From the NCBI GenBank assembly GCA_050309605.1, contig JBNRMN010000033.1, forward strand, positions 32,001 to 96,000: 64,000 nucleotides of DNA, in the 5' to 3' direction. Of the stretch, positions 8,830 to 18,644 are shown one piece after another (positions within the stretch are counted from its first letter, which is position 1; each line of letters begins with the position of its first letter). This DNA comes from Anaerohalosphaeraceae bacterium (lineage in GTDB: Bacteria > Planctomycetota > Phycisphaerae > Sedimentisphaerales > Anaerohalosphaeraceae). The notes below the pieces were generated by a model. The model searched no databases. It was not told where the DNA came from and saw only the letters and a list, made by a program, of their open reading frames with translations. Made by a program: the position numbers and the translations under genes.

Positions 8830-9882
8830 ATGGGCTATCAGAATATTTTGATCATCAAACCGTCGTCGCTGGGCGATGTGGTGCACGCGCTGCCGGTGTT
8901 GGGGGTGTTGCGTAAGCGCTTTCCGGACGCCGAAATAACGTGGATGATCCGTCGTGAATTGGCGCCGCTGCTGTCTTGTGTTCAGGGGCTGGATGCGACG
9001 CTTTTGTTTGAGCGTCAACTGCTGGGACAGTGGTACAAGCCGTCCGGTTGTGCCGCGCTGCGCGAGCTGATTGGTCGGCTTCGCCGCGGGCACTTCGATT
9101 TGGTGCTGGACTTACAGGGGCTGTTGCGAACGGCGCTGCTGGGCTGGTTGTCGGGCTGTCCGGTGCGTGTCGGGTCGGCTTCGGCTCGCGAGGGGGCGCC
9201 GCTGTTTTACACCCACCGGGTGCGTCGTCCGGATGATTCACTGCATATGGTGGATGTGTATCGGGCGATGCTGCAGGCGGTGGGGGTGGACGACTTTGAG
9301 CCGTATATTCGACTTGAACCGCCCGCGGGCGCAACCGATGCGGTGCGTGCGCTGATGGAGGATTCGGGGCTTGAGCCGGGGCGTTTTGCCGTGCTGATTG
9401 CCGGGGCCGCTCATGAGACCAAACGCTGGCCGATTGACCGATTTGCCGCGGTGGCCGAGCATATCGTCAATCAATACGGCCTGGCGGTGGCCGCGGTCGG
9501 TTCGCCCGGTGAGAAGAAGATCGTTGCGGCGTTGCAGCAGGCCGGAGTCGTCCCGATTGCCGACTTATGCGGTCGGACAACGATTCCGCAGTTGGTCGCG
9601 CTGCTGGCTCAGGCGGCGCTGGTCGTGTCCAATGATACCGGCCCGGGGCATATCGCCGCGGCCTTGCGTCGTCCGACGGTGCTGATCTTCGGGCCGACAA
9701 ACCCGGCCTGGGTCGGGCCGTATCAGCAGCCCGAAGCGGTCGTGGCCGTCGAACCGCAGCAGCGCGGCTCGGCCATCCGCAGCCGCCATCCGGCTCATCG
9801 GATTGATCAGGTTGGTCTCCGGATGGTACTTGGCGCCGTTGACCGTCAAATGACAGCTCACCGCGGAGAACCGCATCGATGA
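8830..9882 (+). CDS. LPS heptosyltransferase (glycosyltransferase family 9, WaaC/WaaF-like)
   Basis: ILIIKPSSLGDVVH, DLVLDLQGL, TKRWP, VSNDTGPGHIAAA, FGPT. Confidence 0.9.
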   Translation: MGYQNILIIKPSSLGDVVHALPVLGVLRKRFPDAEITWMIRRELAPLLSCVQGLDATLLFERQLLGQWYKPSGCAALRELIGRLRRGHFDLVLDLQGLLRTALLGWLSGCPVRVGSASAREGAPLFYTHRVRRPDDSLHMVDVYRAMLQAVGVDDFEPYIRLEPPAGATDAVRALMEDSGLEPGRFAVLIAGAAHETKRWPIDRFAAVAEHIVNQYGLAVAAVGSPGEKKIVAALQQAGVVPIADLCGRTTIPQLVALLAQAALVVSNDTGPGHIAAALRRPTVLIFGPTNPAWVGPYQQPEAVVAVEPQQRGSAIRSRHPAHRIDQVGLRMVLGAVDRQMTAHRGEPHR

Positions 9883-10457
9883 AGGTTTCGCGGGGGCTGA
9901 AAATACTGCTGCGGCTGCGTCCGGTGCTGCGCTTTATCAAGTACCGTATTCTGCACATTGATGATTCGCCCGAACGCATCGCACGGGGCCTGGCGGCGGG
10001 GGTGTTTATCGCCTATCTGCCGCTGATGGGACTTCAGATGGCAACTGCGTGGCTTGCGGCAACGGTCCTCAAGGCCAACAGGGTGATGGCGGTGCTGGGT
10101 GTGTGGGTGAGCAATCCGGCCACGGCGGTGTTTGTGTATTATCCGTCGTATCGGCTGGGTCGATGGCTGCTGGGGATTCGGGCGCAAAAACCGGAGATTG
10201 ATCCGGAGCAGTTAGAGGATTTATTTGAAGGAACGCTGTCGCTTTATCGCCTGTTGACCGAGTTTCACACCTCGTCCTTTTGGAAAGAAGTCTCTGCGGC
10301 AGCGATGAACATCGGGCTTGAAATCCTGATCGGGGGCATTATTATCGGCGCTGTTATGTCCCGTCTGACCTACTGGGGAGCTTTTCGATTAGTCCTCTAT
10401 TATCGCCGACGCAAACACGCCAAAAAACAAAGACGCCTTGGCCGGTGTTCAACCTGA
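9879..10457 (+). CDS. DUF2062-family membrane protein
   Basis: DSPERIARGLAAGVFIAYLP and WVSNP motifs; ATGA overlap with the upstream gene. Confidence 0.8.
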   Translation: MKVSRGLKILLRLRPVLRFIKYRILHIDDSPERIARGLAAGVFIAYLPLMGLQMATAWLAATVLKANRVMAVLGVWVSNPATAVFVYYPSYRLGRWLLGIRAQKPEIDPEQLEDLFEGTLSLYRLLTEFHTSSFWKEVSAAAMNIGLEILIGGIIIGAVMSRLTYWGAFRLVLYYRRRKHAKKQRRLGRCST

Positions 10458-10488
10458 CCAAAGCGTCTGTTCTGTGTTGTATGGGCGT

Positions 10489-11817
10489 TTAGTTGTCTTC
10501 GGCGATGGAGTAGAGGAAGTTCTTTCCTTTCAAATACAGGGTATCGCCGATGACGACCGGCGAGGCGTCGATATTGTCGTCCAGTGGATTGACAGCCAGC
10601 GTCTTAAAGCTGTCTTCGGTATTGTCCAGGACATACGTTACGCCGTTGCGTCCGACGAAATAGACGCGCCCGGCCGCCCCGACCGGCGAGGCATAGACGC
10701 CGCGAATTTGATCCATATTCTGGCGGGTATAGTAGGCATTTCCGGTATGGGCATTGTAACAGGACACCACGCCGTTATTGCCGGACAGGACATACACCTT
10801 TTCGTCATACAGCAGCGGCGAGGGCACATAGGGCGTGTGTTCATTGACTTCCCAGACGACCGCGTCCGTGCCGGTCAGTTCGCCGCTGCGTCCGAGTTGG
10901 ATCGCCGAGAGTTTGGCCCCGCGAAAGCCGCTGGTGCAATAGACCCTGCCGTGGCCGAGGACGGGGGTGGGGACGACATTTTCGGTCTGTCCGCCGCACT
11001 GCCAGATGACCTGTCCCGTTTCGAGGTCGTAGCTGCGAATGCGGTTGCGTCCGTTGACGATGATTTGGGTTTTGCCGTCCACCTCGGCGGCAATGGGTGA
11101 AGTCCAGGCGGACGCCTCGTCGCGCTCGTGGTGCCAGCGGATGTCGCCGGTGTCTTTGTCAAAGGCGATGATGTAGGACTGGTCTTCCTGATCGCCGACG
11201 ACCAGGAGCGTATCGCCGACCAGCAGCGGGGAATTGCCCTCGCCGAAGGTGCCGCGCATTCGCATCCTCGGCAGGTCTTTTTGCCATTTGATGTCCCCGT
11301 CCAGTGTCAGACAATAAACGCCGCGCGATCCGAAATTGGCCCAGACTCCGGTGCCGTCGGTGACAGGCGAATAAGAGGCAAAGCCGTGGTCGCCGTGATG
11401 GCCTTCGTGGGGCAGCGCCTCGCGGACCTGCGTGGTCCAGAGGGTTTTTCCGGTGTGTCGATCCAGACAGACGACCTTGAATTGATACAGTGTGTCGGGG
11501 GCGCGTCCGCGTCCGCGTCGCGCGGCCGGTGCGGCCTGCGGGGTCTCGGCGGGCTGCTTTTCGGTGTCCACGGCGATCTGGAAAATCAGCTTGTCGCCCC
11601 AGACGACCGGCGTCGAATTGGAGCCGTCGCCTTCGAGCGGCACTTTCCACCGGATATTTTGTTCTTCGCTCCAGGTCAGCGGAGGATTGCCCTCGGCAAT
11701 TCCCATCATATTCGGCCCGCGCCACGTCGGCCAATTCGGCGTCGCGACAGCGGAAACGCCAAAAAGAAATAAAAAGATGACAGTGCACATCGGCTTCAAG
11801 GGGCTTGTTGTCTTCAT
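10489..11817 (-). CDS. Secreted PQQ-like beta-propeller repeat protein (BamB-like)
   Basis: Signal peptide, NWPTWRGP, and repeated SP/TP...TG...W propeller motifs. Confidence 0.85.
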   Translation of the reverse strand: MKTTSPLKPMCTVIFLFLFGVSAVATPNWPTWRGPNMMGIAEGNPPLTWSEEQNIRWKVPLEGDGSNSTPVVWGDKLIFQIAVDTEKQPAETPQAAPAARRGRGRAPDTLYQFKVVCLDRHTGKTLWTTQVREALPHEGHHGDHGFASYSPVTDGTGVWANFGSRGVYCLTLDGDIKWQKDLPRMRMRGTFGEGNSPLLVGDTLLVVGDQEDQSYIIAFDKDTGDIRWHHERDEASAWTSPIAAEVDGKTQIIVNGRNRIRSYDLETGQVIWQCGGQTENVVPTPVLGHGRVYCTSGFRGAKLSAIQLGRSGELTGTDAVVWEVNEHTPYVPSPLLYDEKVYVLSGNNGVVSCYNAHTGNAYYTRQNMDQIRGVYASPVGAAGRVYFVGRNGVTYVLDNTEDSFKTLAVNPLDDNIDASPVVIGDTLYLKGKNFLYSIAEDN

Positions 11818-11991
11818 TGTGATTCCTTTAGCAATTTGAGTTTACATCCCAATTTCAAGTTCAGTGGATAAAGACCACCGCGAACAATCAATTTGACGAC
11901 AACGGTTCTCCAGATAAGACGCAGCGCGGACAAAAAACTTTCAAAAAAATCTAAAAAACTGTTACCTGAAATTCGCAAAATCAAAAAACGT

Positions 11992-12022
11992 TTGACAGTT
12001 TGCTCCGTTTACCTTTTATAAT
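11992..12022 (+). promoter_or_regulatory. Candidate sigma70 promoter for the GH127 gene (consensus boxes, 19-nt spacer)
   Basis: TTGACA at 11992-11997 and TATAAT at 12017-12022; the spacer is longer than optimal. Confidence 0.35.
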
Positions 12023-12064
12023 CAGAGGCGCATCCTACCCGAACAAAATGAAAGGAAACGAATC

Positions 12065-14512
12065 ATGTACAGAAACGACAAATCAGCATTGACGGTTTTG
12101 ATTTTTTTTCTGGTGGGTTTTTTCGCCGTGTGTGCCGCGGTCGATTCGGCTTTTCAGGATTACCCCTACCAGCCCGCGGCGTTTACACAGGTGCATTTCG
12201 AGGACGCTTTTTGGGCGCCGCGGATTGAGACCAACCGCACGGCGACGATTCCGTTCGCGTTTAAGCAGTCAGAGGATACGGGGCGTATTGAAAACTTCAA
12301 GGTTGCCGCCAAACTGTCGGACAAGCCTTGGCAGGGCGATTTCGGTTTCAATGACAGCGATGTGTTCAAGATTATCGAGGGGGCCTCGTACAGCCTGATG
12401 GTGCATCCGGATCCGGAACTGGACGCCTATCTGGATCAACTGATCGCATGGATCGGGGCCGCCCAGGAGCCGGACGGCTATCTTTATACTGCCTGGACGG
12501 CGCAGGCCCGCAAGGACGGTCGCGCCATTGCCTGCTGCTACGAAAAAGAGCGCTGGGATAACATCCGCGACGCTCACGAACTGTATAATGTCGGGCATAT
12601 GTACGAAGCGGCCGTGGCGCACTATCTGGCGACGGGCAAACGCAGTTTTTTGGATATTGCCGTCAAAAACGCGGATTTGGTCTGTTCGGTATTTAATCCG
12701 GGCGGTCGGCTCGATCCGCCGGGCCATCAGGAAATCGAGATTGGCCTGGTTAAGCTGTATCGCGTTACCGGGGATGAGAAATACCTCAATCAGGCCAAAT
12801 TTTTCCTGGATATGCGCGGGCGCAACGCCGACAAACGGCGTCTGTACGGGCCTTACAGTCAGGATCACAAGCCGGTGGTCGAGCAGACCGAGGCGGTCGG
12901 GCACGCGGTGCGGGCGGCGTATATGTACGCGGCGATGGCGGATGTGGCGTCGCTGACCGGCGATGCGTCGTATTTGAAGGCCATTGACACGATTTGGGAC
13001 AATGTCGTCTCGAAAAAGCTTTATCTTACCGGCGGCATCGGCGCTCGCCACGCCGGCGAGGCGTTCGGGGACAATTATGAACTGCCCAACCGCACGGCGT
13101 ATTGCGAAACCTGTGCGGCGATTGCCAATGTGTTCTGGAATCATCGGATGTTTTTGCTGCATGGCAAGGCTGATTACATCGATGTGATGGAATTGGCGCT
13201 GTATAACAATGTGCTCAGCGGGGTGTCGCTGGACGGGATGCTGTTTTTCTATCCGAATCCGCTGGAAAGTGCGGCCGGACACGACCGTCAGCCGTGGTTC
13301 GGCTGCGCGTGCTGTCCGAGCAATATCTGCCGTTTTATGGCCTCGGTGCCCGGGTATGTCTATGCGGTGCGTAACGGGGCGGTTTATGTCAATCTTTACG
13401 TCAGCGGAAAAAGCGAGCTGGCCGCAGGCGACGGAACCGTCACATTGACTCAATCGACCGATTATCCCCATCACGGCAAGGTGGTGCTGACGATGGAGTC
13501 GGATACGCCGGGGCCGCTGGCGCTGCATCTGCGGATTCCCGGCTGGGCGCGGAACAAACCCGTCCCGAGCACGCTGTATTCAGTGCTCAAGCCGTCCGAA
13601 CAGGCGGTCGGACTGACCGTCAATGGTCAAGCCGTTCCGGTCGATCTTCACAACGGCTTTGCGGTCATTGATCGCACGTGGAAGGCCGGCGATACCGTTT
13701 TGCTGGAGCTGCCGATGACGGTGCGGCGGGTGGTCTGTGATGAGCGTGTGCGGGACAATGTCGGCAAGGTTGCCCTGCAGCGCGGGCCGCTGGTGTATTG
13801 TCTGGAAGGCGTCGATGTGGACCAGGGCCGAGTATTGAATCTGATGCTGCCCGATGAGACGGAGTTCAAGACCGAATACAAACCCGATTTGCTGGGCGGG
13901 GTTACTGTCATTCAGGGCGCGGCGGTGGAACTGAGCCGCACCCTGGAAGGCGGACTGGAACGCAGCGAACGCGCGTTTTCGGCTATTCCTTATTATGCCT
14001 GGGCACATCGCGGACGAACGCCGATGGCTGTGTGGCTGCCGCGGACCGAACAGGCCGCCGTGCCGCTGCCGGCGCCGACGATTGCATCCCAAAGCAAGGT
14101 CAGCGCCTCGTACCAAACGACGGTCGGCAATGCGCGGCTTGAGTTTGTGCAGGATCAGCTTGTGCCGAAATCTTCGGGCGATCAGGAACAGGGCTTTTAT
14201 CACTGGTGGCCGCGAAAAGGCACGACCGAATGGATTCAGTATGATTTTAAGGCGCCGACGACGGTGTCTTCGGTCGCGGTCTATTGGTTTGACGATACGG
14301 GTCGGGGCGAGTGCCGCATTCCCAAGTCCTGGCGGGTGCTTTATCGGGACGCAGAGGCATGGAAACCCGTCGAGCCTGCCGGCGAGTACACCACCACACG
14401 CGACGCCTTTGACCGCGTTCGTTTCAAACCGGTCACCACCGACGCGCTGCGTCTGGAGATGATCTTTCAAGACAATTATTCATCAGGCATTCAGGAATGG
14501 GTTGTTGAGTAA
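12065..14512 (+). CDS. Secreted GH127 beta-L-arabinofuranosidase-like protein with C-terminal carbohydrate-binding-like domain
   Basis: FNDSDVFK, HELYNVGH, GHAVRA, YCETCA, FFYPNPL, WFGCACCP, LRIPGW, RGPLVYC. Confidence 0.92.
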   Translation: MYRNDKSALTVLIFFLVGFFAVCAAVDSAFQDYPYQPAAFTQVHFEDAFWAPRIETNRTATIPFAFKQSEDTGRIENFKVAAKLSDKPWQGDFGFNDSDVFKIIEGASYSLMVHPDPELDAYLDQLIAWIGAAQEPDGYLYTAWTAQARKDGRAIACCYEKERWDNIRDAHELYNVGHMYEAAVAHYLATGKRSFLDIAVKNADLVCSVFNPGGRLDPPGHQEIEIGLVKLYRVTGDEKYLNQAKFFLDMRGRNADKRRLYGPYSQDHKPVVEQTEAVGHAVRAAYMYAAMADVASLTGDASYLKAIDTIWDNVVSKKLYLTGGIGARHAGEAFGDNYELPNRTAYCETCAAIANVFWNHRMFLLHGKADYIDVMELALYNNVLSGVSLDGMLFFYPNPLESAAGHDRQPWFGCACCPSNICRFMASVPGYVYAVRNGAVYVNLYVSGKSELAAGDGTVTLTQSTDYPHHGKVVLTMESDTPGPLALHLRIPGWARNKPVPSTLYSVLKPSEQAVGLTVNGQAVPVDLHNGFAVIDRTWKAGDTVLLELPMTVRRVVCDERVRDNVGKVALQRGPLVYCLEGVDVDQGRVLNLMLPDETEFKTEYKPDLLGGVTVIQGAAVELSRTLEGGLERSERAFSAIPYYAWAHRGRTPMAVWLPRTEQAAVPLPAPTIASQSKVSASYQTTVGNARLEFVQDQLVPKSSGDQEQGFYHWWPRKGTTEWIQYDFKAPTTVSSVAVYWFDDTGRGECRIPKSWRVLYRDAEAWKPVEPAGEYTTTRDAFDRVRFKPVTTDALRLEMIFQDNYSSGIQEWVVE

Positions 14513-14555
14513 GCGTAATTTTCTTTGACCTGCCGGCAACGAAACGGTATCCTAA

Positions 14556-14731
14556 CTCAAACTGATCGATGGCCAGTTTGAGAGATCAAAAATCAAAAAT
14601 CATAAATTAAAGAGAAAAATTGGGGATTCGCCCTTTTGGGCGAGCCATTTCATTGCCTTTTTTAGAACACTGTAACATGTTTTATGGACTGTGTTTATGT
14701 CAAAATAGATCCGGTTTTCGTTTAGTTTGAG
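14556..14731. repeat. ~170-bp dispersed intergenic element, copy 1 (terminal inverted repeats, 7-nt units)
   Basis: Colinear with 28394-28562: CTCAAA..GATGGCCAGTTTGAGAGATCAAAAATCAAA...GGATTCGCCCTTT...CACTGTAACAT...TTATGTCAAAA.AGATCCG.TTTTCG. Confidence 0.85.
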
Positions 14732-14803
14732 ATACTCAATAGTTTATGGTATCTTTTTTTTGGGTAATCAATAGCAGGTTTTGGATTTGCGTCTGTCTCC
14801 AAA

Positions 14804-16687
14804 ATGGCTGAGAAAACAACGTCAAGCGCCACCAAGTCGTCCTCGACGCCGCTGAAGTCGTTTATGGCCGTCGGCCCGACGCTTCATTACAGCCATCCGT
14901 TTGTCCATCGGTTCTGGGGGCTGACGGTGGTGGTGTATATTCTGGCGTGCTTTTTTTGGAATCGAATCGTCATTGGCGGGTTGATTTCGCTGGTGGCCAC
15001 CGATGTTATTGATCCGGGGCTGTGGAGTTTGGGGCGATTCGCGGCGTTTCCCCTGAGCATTTATGAATATCCGTGGCAGATTGTGGTACTGGGGACGGTG
15101 ATGGGGATTCTGGCGGCTGTGCCGGTGCTTGTGTCGCAATTGTACAGTTTTCGGTACAGCATTCCCTTGATTTTGTCGGTGATGTTTATCGCCAAGCTGT
15201 ACTTTTTCGGTCTATTTGTGGGTCTTAGCTGTATTGCGGCGGCGTGTCGGCCTCTGCGGTTTCGGTCGCGGTTTATCGCCATTGCGTTGTGTATGGCCCC
15301 GCAGGTGATTTATTGGGCAATCTGGGGCGGCTATACGACCGCCGATCCGCTGCGCTGGGGGTTTTCGTATGCACCGTGGATTTACGCCTGGTTGACGGGG
15401 CTGTTTCTGGCGGGGGTCGTGTTGGGTGTGGGGCACTATACGCGGTATCGGCCGGGGTTGATTTTTGCGCTGTCGCTGGTGTTGCTGGTCTCGGCCTACG
15501 GCGTCTTCCAGACACGTATCGGTTTTGCAGAGCTGGATTATCAGCTTTATGTCGCCGGCAACAACCCCGAAGAGGTGGTGGAGTTTCACAGTTATTCGCT
15601 TTCTGAGGTGATTGATGCGGTGATTGCCGATGACGCGATGCGCAGCTATTTGTTCGGACGTTATTATCCAACCGAGCCGACGGTCCTTCGAGAACGGCTC
15701 AAAGAAGAAATTGAACAGTCGATGATGACGATGCAGTGGCCGCACTGGTTTGAAAAGAAAATGCCCGATCGTCTGTATTACCGAGGCCGACGGACCGAGC
15801 TGCGCAATGATTATCGCCTGTTTATGGAGCGCTGGCCGCAGAGCAAACGGATGCCGACAGCGCTGTATTTCAGCGCACTGCTGAATGAATATCATCCCGA
15901 TATTCGTCATTTCCGTCATACCGAGACACTGCGTTTTTACAACGATTATCCGTTCAAAAGTAACATTTTGATCTGGCAGGAGTTGTTTAATCGCTTTTCG
16001 CAGAGTCCCGAATCGCTGGAGGCGCGCTGGCGTCTGGCCTGGCATGATGCTTCCGAGGGGCGATTTGAGCGGGCGATGGAACTTTGCCAGGTGGCTCGTT
16101 CCATGATTCGCGAACAGCTCCAGAAGGCCCAGCAGCGGGCCGAACGTCAGATCAGCGAATCGATATTTTCGGCCTTTGAGCCGCCTTTGCCGACAGTGAT
16201 GACACCGCGCAAACTGCGCGATCTGGATCTGCGGCTGCGTAAACTTATGCGTCTGATCGACCGTGAAAACCAGGGACCGGATGAGGCGTCGCGCCGCCGG
16301 CTGGCGACTTTTGTGGGGCTGAATCCGTATGCGCTCGATTATGAGTCGCGTCTGAACGCCCTGCTTTCGGAGATGCCGGATGACGATCCGCTGCGCGATA
16401 ATATTCTGCTGGCCAGGGCGCTGCTCACTGTCGATGCGCGTGAGCGTGCGGCGGTATTGAGAGAACTGGCGCAAACCTACGAGGGCACGGAGGCGGGGAT
16501 TCGTGCCCTATACGAACAGGCGATGTCGCTGCTGACGGTATGGAAGGATTCCCGGCTCGATGCACAGGCCCGGCGCATGCTGCAGGAGGATATTCGCAGC
16601 ATACTGACCGGTTTTCTTGAATCCTATCCTGACAGCATTTACGCCGATCCGGCGCGGTCGCTTTTACAATCGCTGCCGTCGTCCTGA
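14804..16687 (+). CDS. Multi-pass membrane protein with C-terminal helical (TPR-like) domain
   Basis: Several hydrophobic helices in the first ~240 aa, then TPR-like segments (LFMERWPQSKRMPTALY, FLESYPDSIYADPAR). Confidence 0.7.
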   Translation: MAEKTTSSATKSSSTPLKSFMAVGPTLHYSHPFVHRFWGLTVVVYILACFFWNRIVIGGLISLVATDVIDPGLWSLGRFAAFPLSIYEYPWQIVVLGTVMGILAAVPVLVSQLYSFRYSIPLILSVMFIAKLYFFGLFVGLSCIAAACRPLRFRSRFIAIALCMAPQVIYWAIWGGYTTADPLRWGFSYAPWIYAWLTGLFLAGVVLGVGHYTRYRPGLIFALSLVLLVSAYGVFQTRIGFAELDYQLYVAGNNPEEVVEFHSYSLSEVIDAVIADDAMRSYLFGRYYPTEPTVLRERLKEEIEQSMMTMQWPHWFEKKMPDRLYYRGRRTELRNDYRLFMERWPQSKRMPTALYFSALLNEYHPDIRHFRHTETLRFYNDYPFKSNILIWQELFNRFSQSPESLEARWRLAWHDASEGRFERAMELCQVARSMIREQLQKAQQRAERQISESIFSAFEPPLPTVMTPRKLRDLDLRLRKLMRLIDRENQGPDEASRRRLATFVGLNPYALDYESRLNALLSEMPDDDPLRDNILLARALLTVDARERAAVLRELAQTYEGTEAGIRALYEQAMSLLTVWKDSRLDAQARRMLQEDIRSILTGFLESYPDSIYADPARSLLQSLPSS

Positions 16688-16709
16688 AAAAGGCGATGTT
16701 TTTTACTTT

Positions 16710-18620
16710 TCACTTTGGGCTTTTTGGCCACGCCGAGAGCGGTTTTAAGGGGAGGATGTCGTGTTTCTTGTCCGTGCTGCCGGGCGTCAGCGTTACCGCC
16801 AGGCGGATTGTTTCGTGCGGCTTAAGCTCTACTTCAAACCCGATTAAACAGGTGTTGGGGTTGGGTTCATCCCATTCTTCGGGCGGGTCGGTGGGTAAGC
16901 GTTTCAACTGTATCGGTTTGGGGCAATGCACGTCAAACAACAGCGTCTTGCCTTTTTCAGTCAGCCGAGCGCGGGCAGACGAGAGCATCTCGACCTTGCC
17001 GGGGGCGACCATCGCCCAGCGCACCACAGCAGCTTTATCGCCGGCGGTCCATTCGTCCTGAATCAGTGCCTGACGGTCGGGCAGCAGGGCCGCGCCGCGG
17101 TGAGCCTTGACAAGCTGGTCGTCAAAGATCTCACTCATATCAATTACGGCGTGCGGCATCGGCTCGGCATCGGAAAAGTCGGTCAGGTGCGCCACGCCGC
17201 GCACGTTGTGCAGCCGGTTGTTGACGGTCAGTGTATTGTGGGCAAAGTTGGTGTAGCGGAAAATCTTCCAGCGGTCGGAGTTTTGGCTGCGATTCCAGAT
17301 ATTCAGCCCGCGGCTTTCCATGCGGTGGTAATTTTGCATTCCCAAATCCAGCGCCCAGCGGACGCCGTCGGCCTCAAAGATGAACGAGCCGGCGTCCATA
17401 TGGGCGTGATTGGACGAGGCGGTACCGGCTTTGACGGCCAGATAGGCGGCGTCCGGATCCGTCCAGCTGCTGCGAAAAACGGCAACCGGTGTTCGGCCGC
17501 GTGCGTGCCAGTGCCGCTGCGGCGGTGTTTGCGCCTCAGGGCGTCCCCACAGCAGCAGCATTGGATACAGCCACGTCGGGCGAGCGGTGATTGTATCCGC
17601 CCCGTCCGGCCAAAGCCGGGCCAGTTGACGATACAGCAGATACGGCTTGTTGTATCGATGGGCAAACCAGAATACCGTCGGGTCAACGCCGCCGCCGCGT
17701 CCGCAGTCGGCGTAATTGAAGTACAATCCGCTGGGTCCGCTGATGTGTAAATAGTAATCGCCGCTGTCGGCAAAGCCGCGCCGTTCGGCCAGGCCGAAGT
17801 CCGTGCCCAGCACCGACTCCAGCGCTGCGATCATTGCGACATTGTACGAGGTTCCATACGCCCAGTAGCCCGGCCCTTCCGGATAGGCGCCGTCCGGCTC
17901 GTATTCTTCCATGGCTCGCGGAATATGGGTCACGGCGCGATGGATCACGCGCGCCGCCAGGTCGGGCGCATCCCGGCGTATCGCCAACGCGCCGATGGTC
18001 AGGCCGCCATGGCAGACCTGATTCCAGTTGTTTTCCGTCGTAACCCACCAGTGGTTCGACTCAAAGGAGGGCTTGATGCCTTTTTCGATGATGGCAGTGC
18101 GGATGCGCGAGCGGCTGTCTTCGGACAGAACCTCATAGAGCCGATCATAGCCAATGCCCAACGCTGCGGTCATCTCGGCGGTGTCGAGAAAGTGGCTGGG
18201 GTTCCAGTCGGTAAAATCCGCCGCCGCGAGCATCTCGGCCTGCGCCTGATCGCGGAAGCGCCAATCGCCGGTCAGTTCAAACGCCGCCGCCAGCAGGCTG
18301 ACGCGATTCAGACACTCGCGTGAGACGCTCAGCAGGCGCCGGCCTGTCAGTATCCGCTGGACGGGTTGGCCGCCGAGATAACGCCGGGCTTGCCGGGTGA
18401 TTGCCTCGGCCAGCGCTTCAAAGAAAGGATCGGATTCAAGGTTCGCCTGAACGATTCGTGCCTGGTGGTTGTTGATCAACAGGTTTGATCGTGAAGGAGG
18501 CGCGTTTTTCAGGGCATCGGCAATCTGCTCAGGGGAAACCTCCGAAGCGGCGCCATTGCCTGAACAGAGCAGGCCGATGAGGATACTGCTGAGTGTGATG
18601 AGGATTTTTTGTAAGTTCAT
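16710..18620 (-). CDS. Heparinase II/III-family polysaccharide lyase-like secreted protein
   Basis: HFLDTAEM, NNWNQVC, PDGAYPEGPGYWAY, FNYAD, HAHMDAGSF, HNTLTVN. Confidence 0.85.
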   Translation of the reverse strand: MNLQKILITLSSILIGLLCSGNGAASEVSPEQIADALKNAPPSRSNLLINNHQARIVQANLESDPFFEALAEAITRQARRYLGGQPVQRILTGRRLLSVSRECLNRVSLLAAAFELTGDWRFRDQAQAEMLAAADFTDWNPSHFLDTAEMTAALGIGYDRLYEVLSEDSRSRIRTAIIEKGIKPSFESNHWWVTTENNWNQVCHGGLTIGALAIRRDAPDLAARVIHRAVTHIPRAMEEYEPDGAYPEGPGYWAYGTSYNVAMIAALESVLGTDFGLAERRGFADSGDYYLHISGPSGLYFNYADCGRGGGVDPTVFWFAHRYNKPYLLYRQLARLWPDGADTITARPTWLYPMLLLWGRPEAQTPPQRHWHARGRTPVAVFRSSWTDPDAAYLAVKAGTASSNHAHMDAGSFIFEADGVRWALDLGMQNYHRMESRGLNIWNRSQNSDRWKIFRYTNFAHNTLTVNNRLHNVRGVAHLTDFSDAEPMPHAVIDMSEIFDDQLVKAHRGAALLPDRQALIQDEWTAGDKAAVVRWAMVAPGKVEMLSSARARLTEKGKTLLFDVHCPKPIQLKRLPTDPPEEWDEPNPNTCLIGFEVELKPHETIRLAVTLTPGSTDKKHDILPLKPLSAWPKSPK

Positions 18621-18644
18621 TGCGATCCCCTTAGTTGAACTGGA

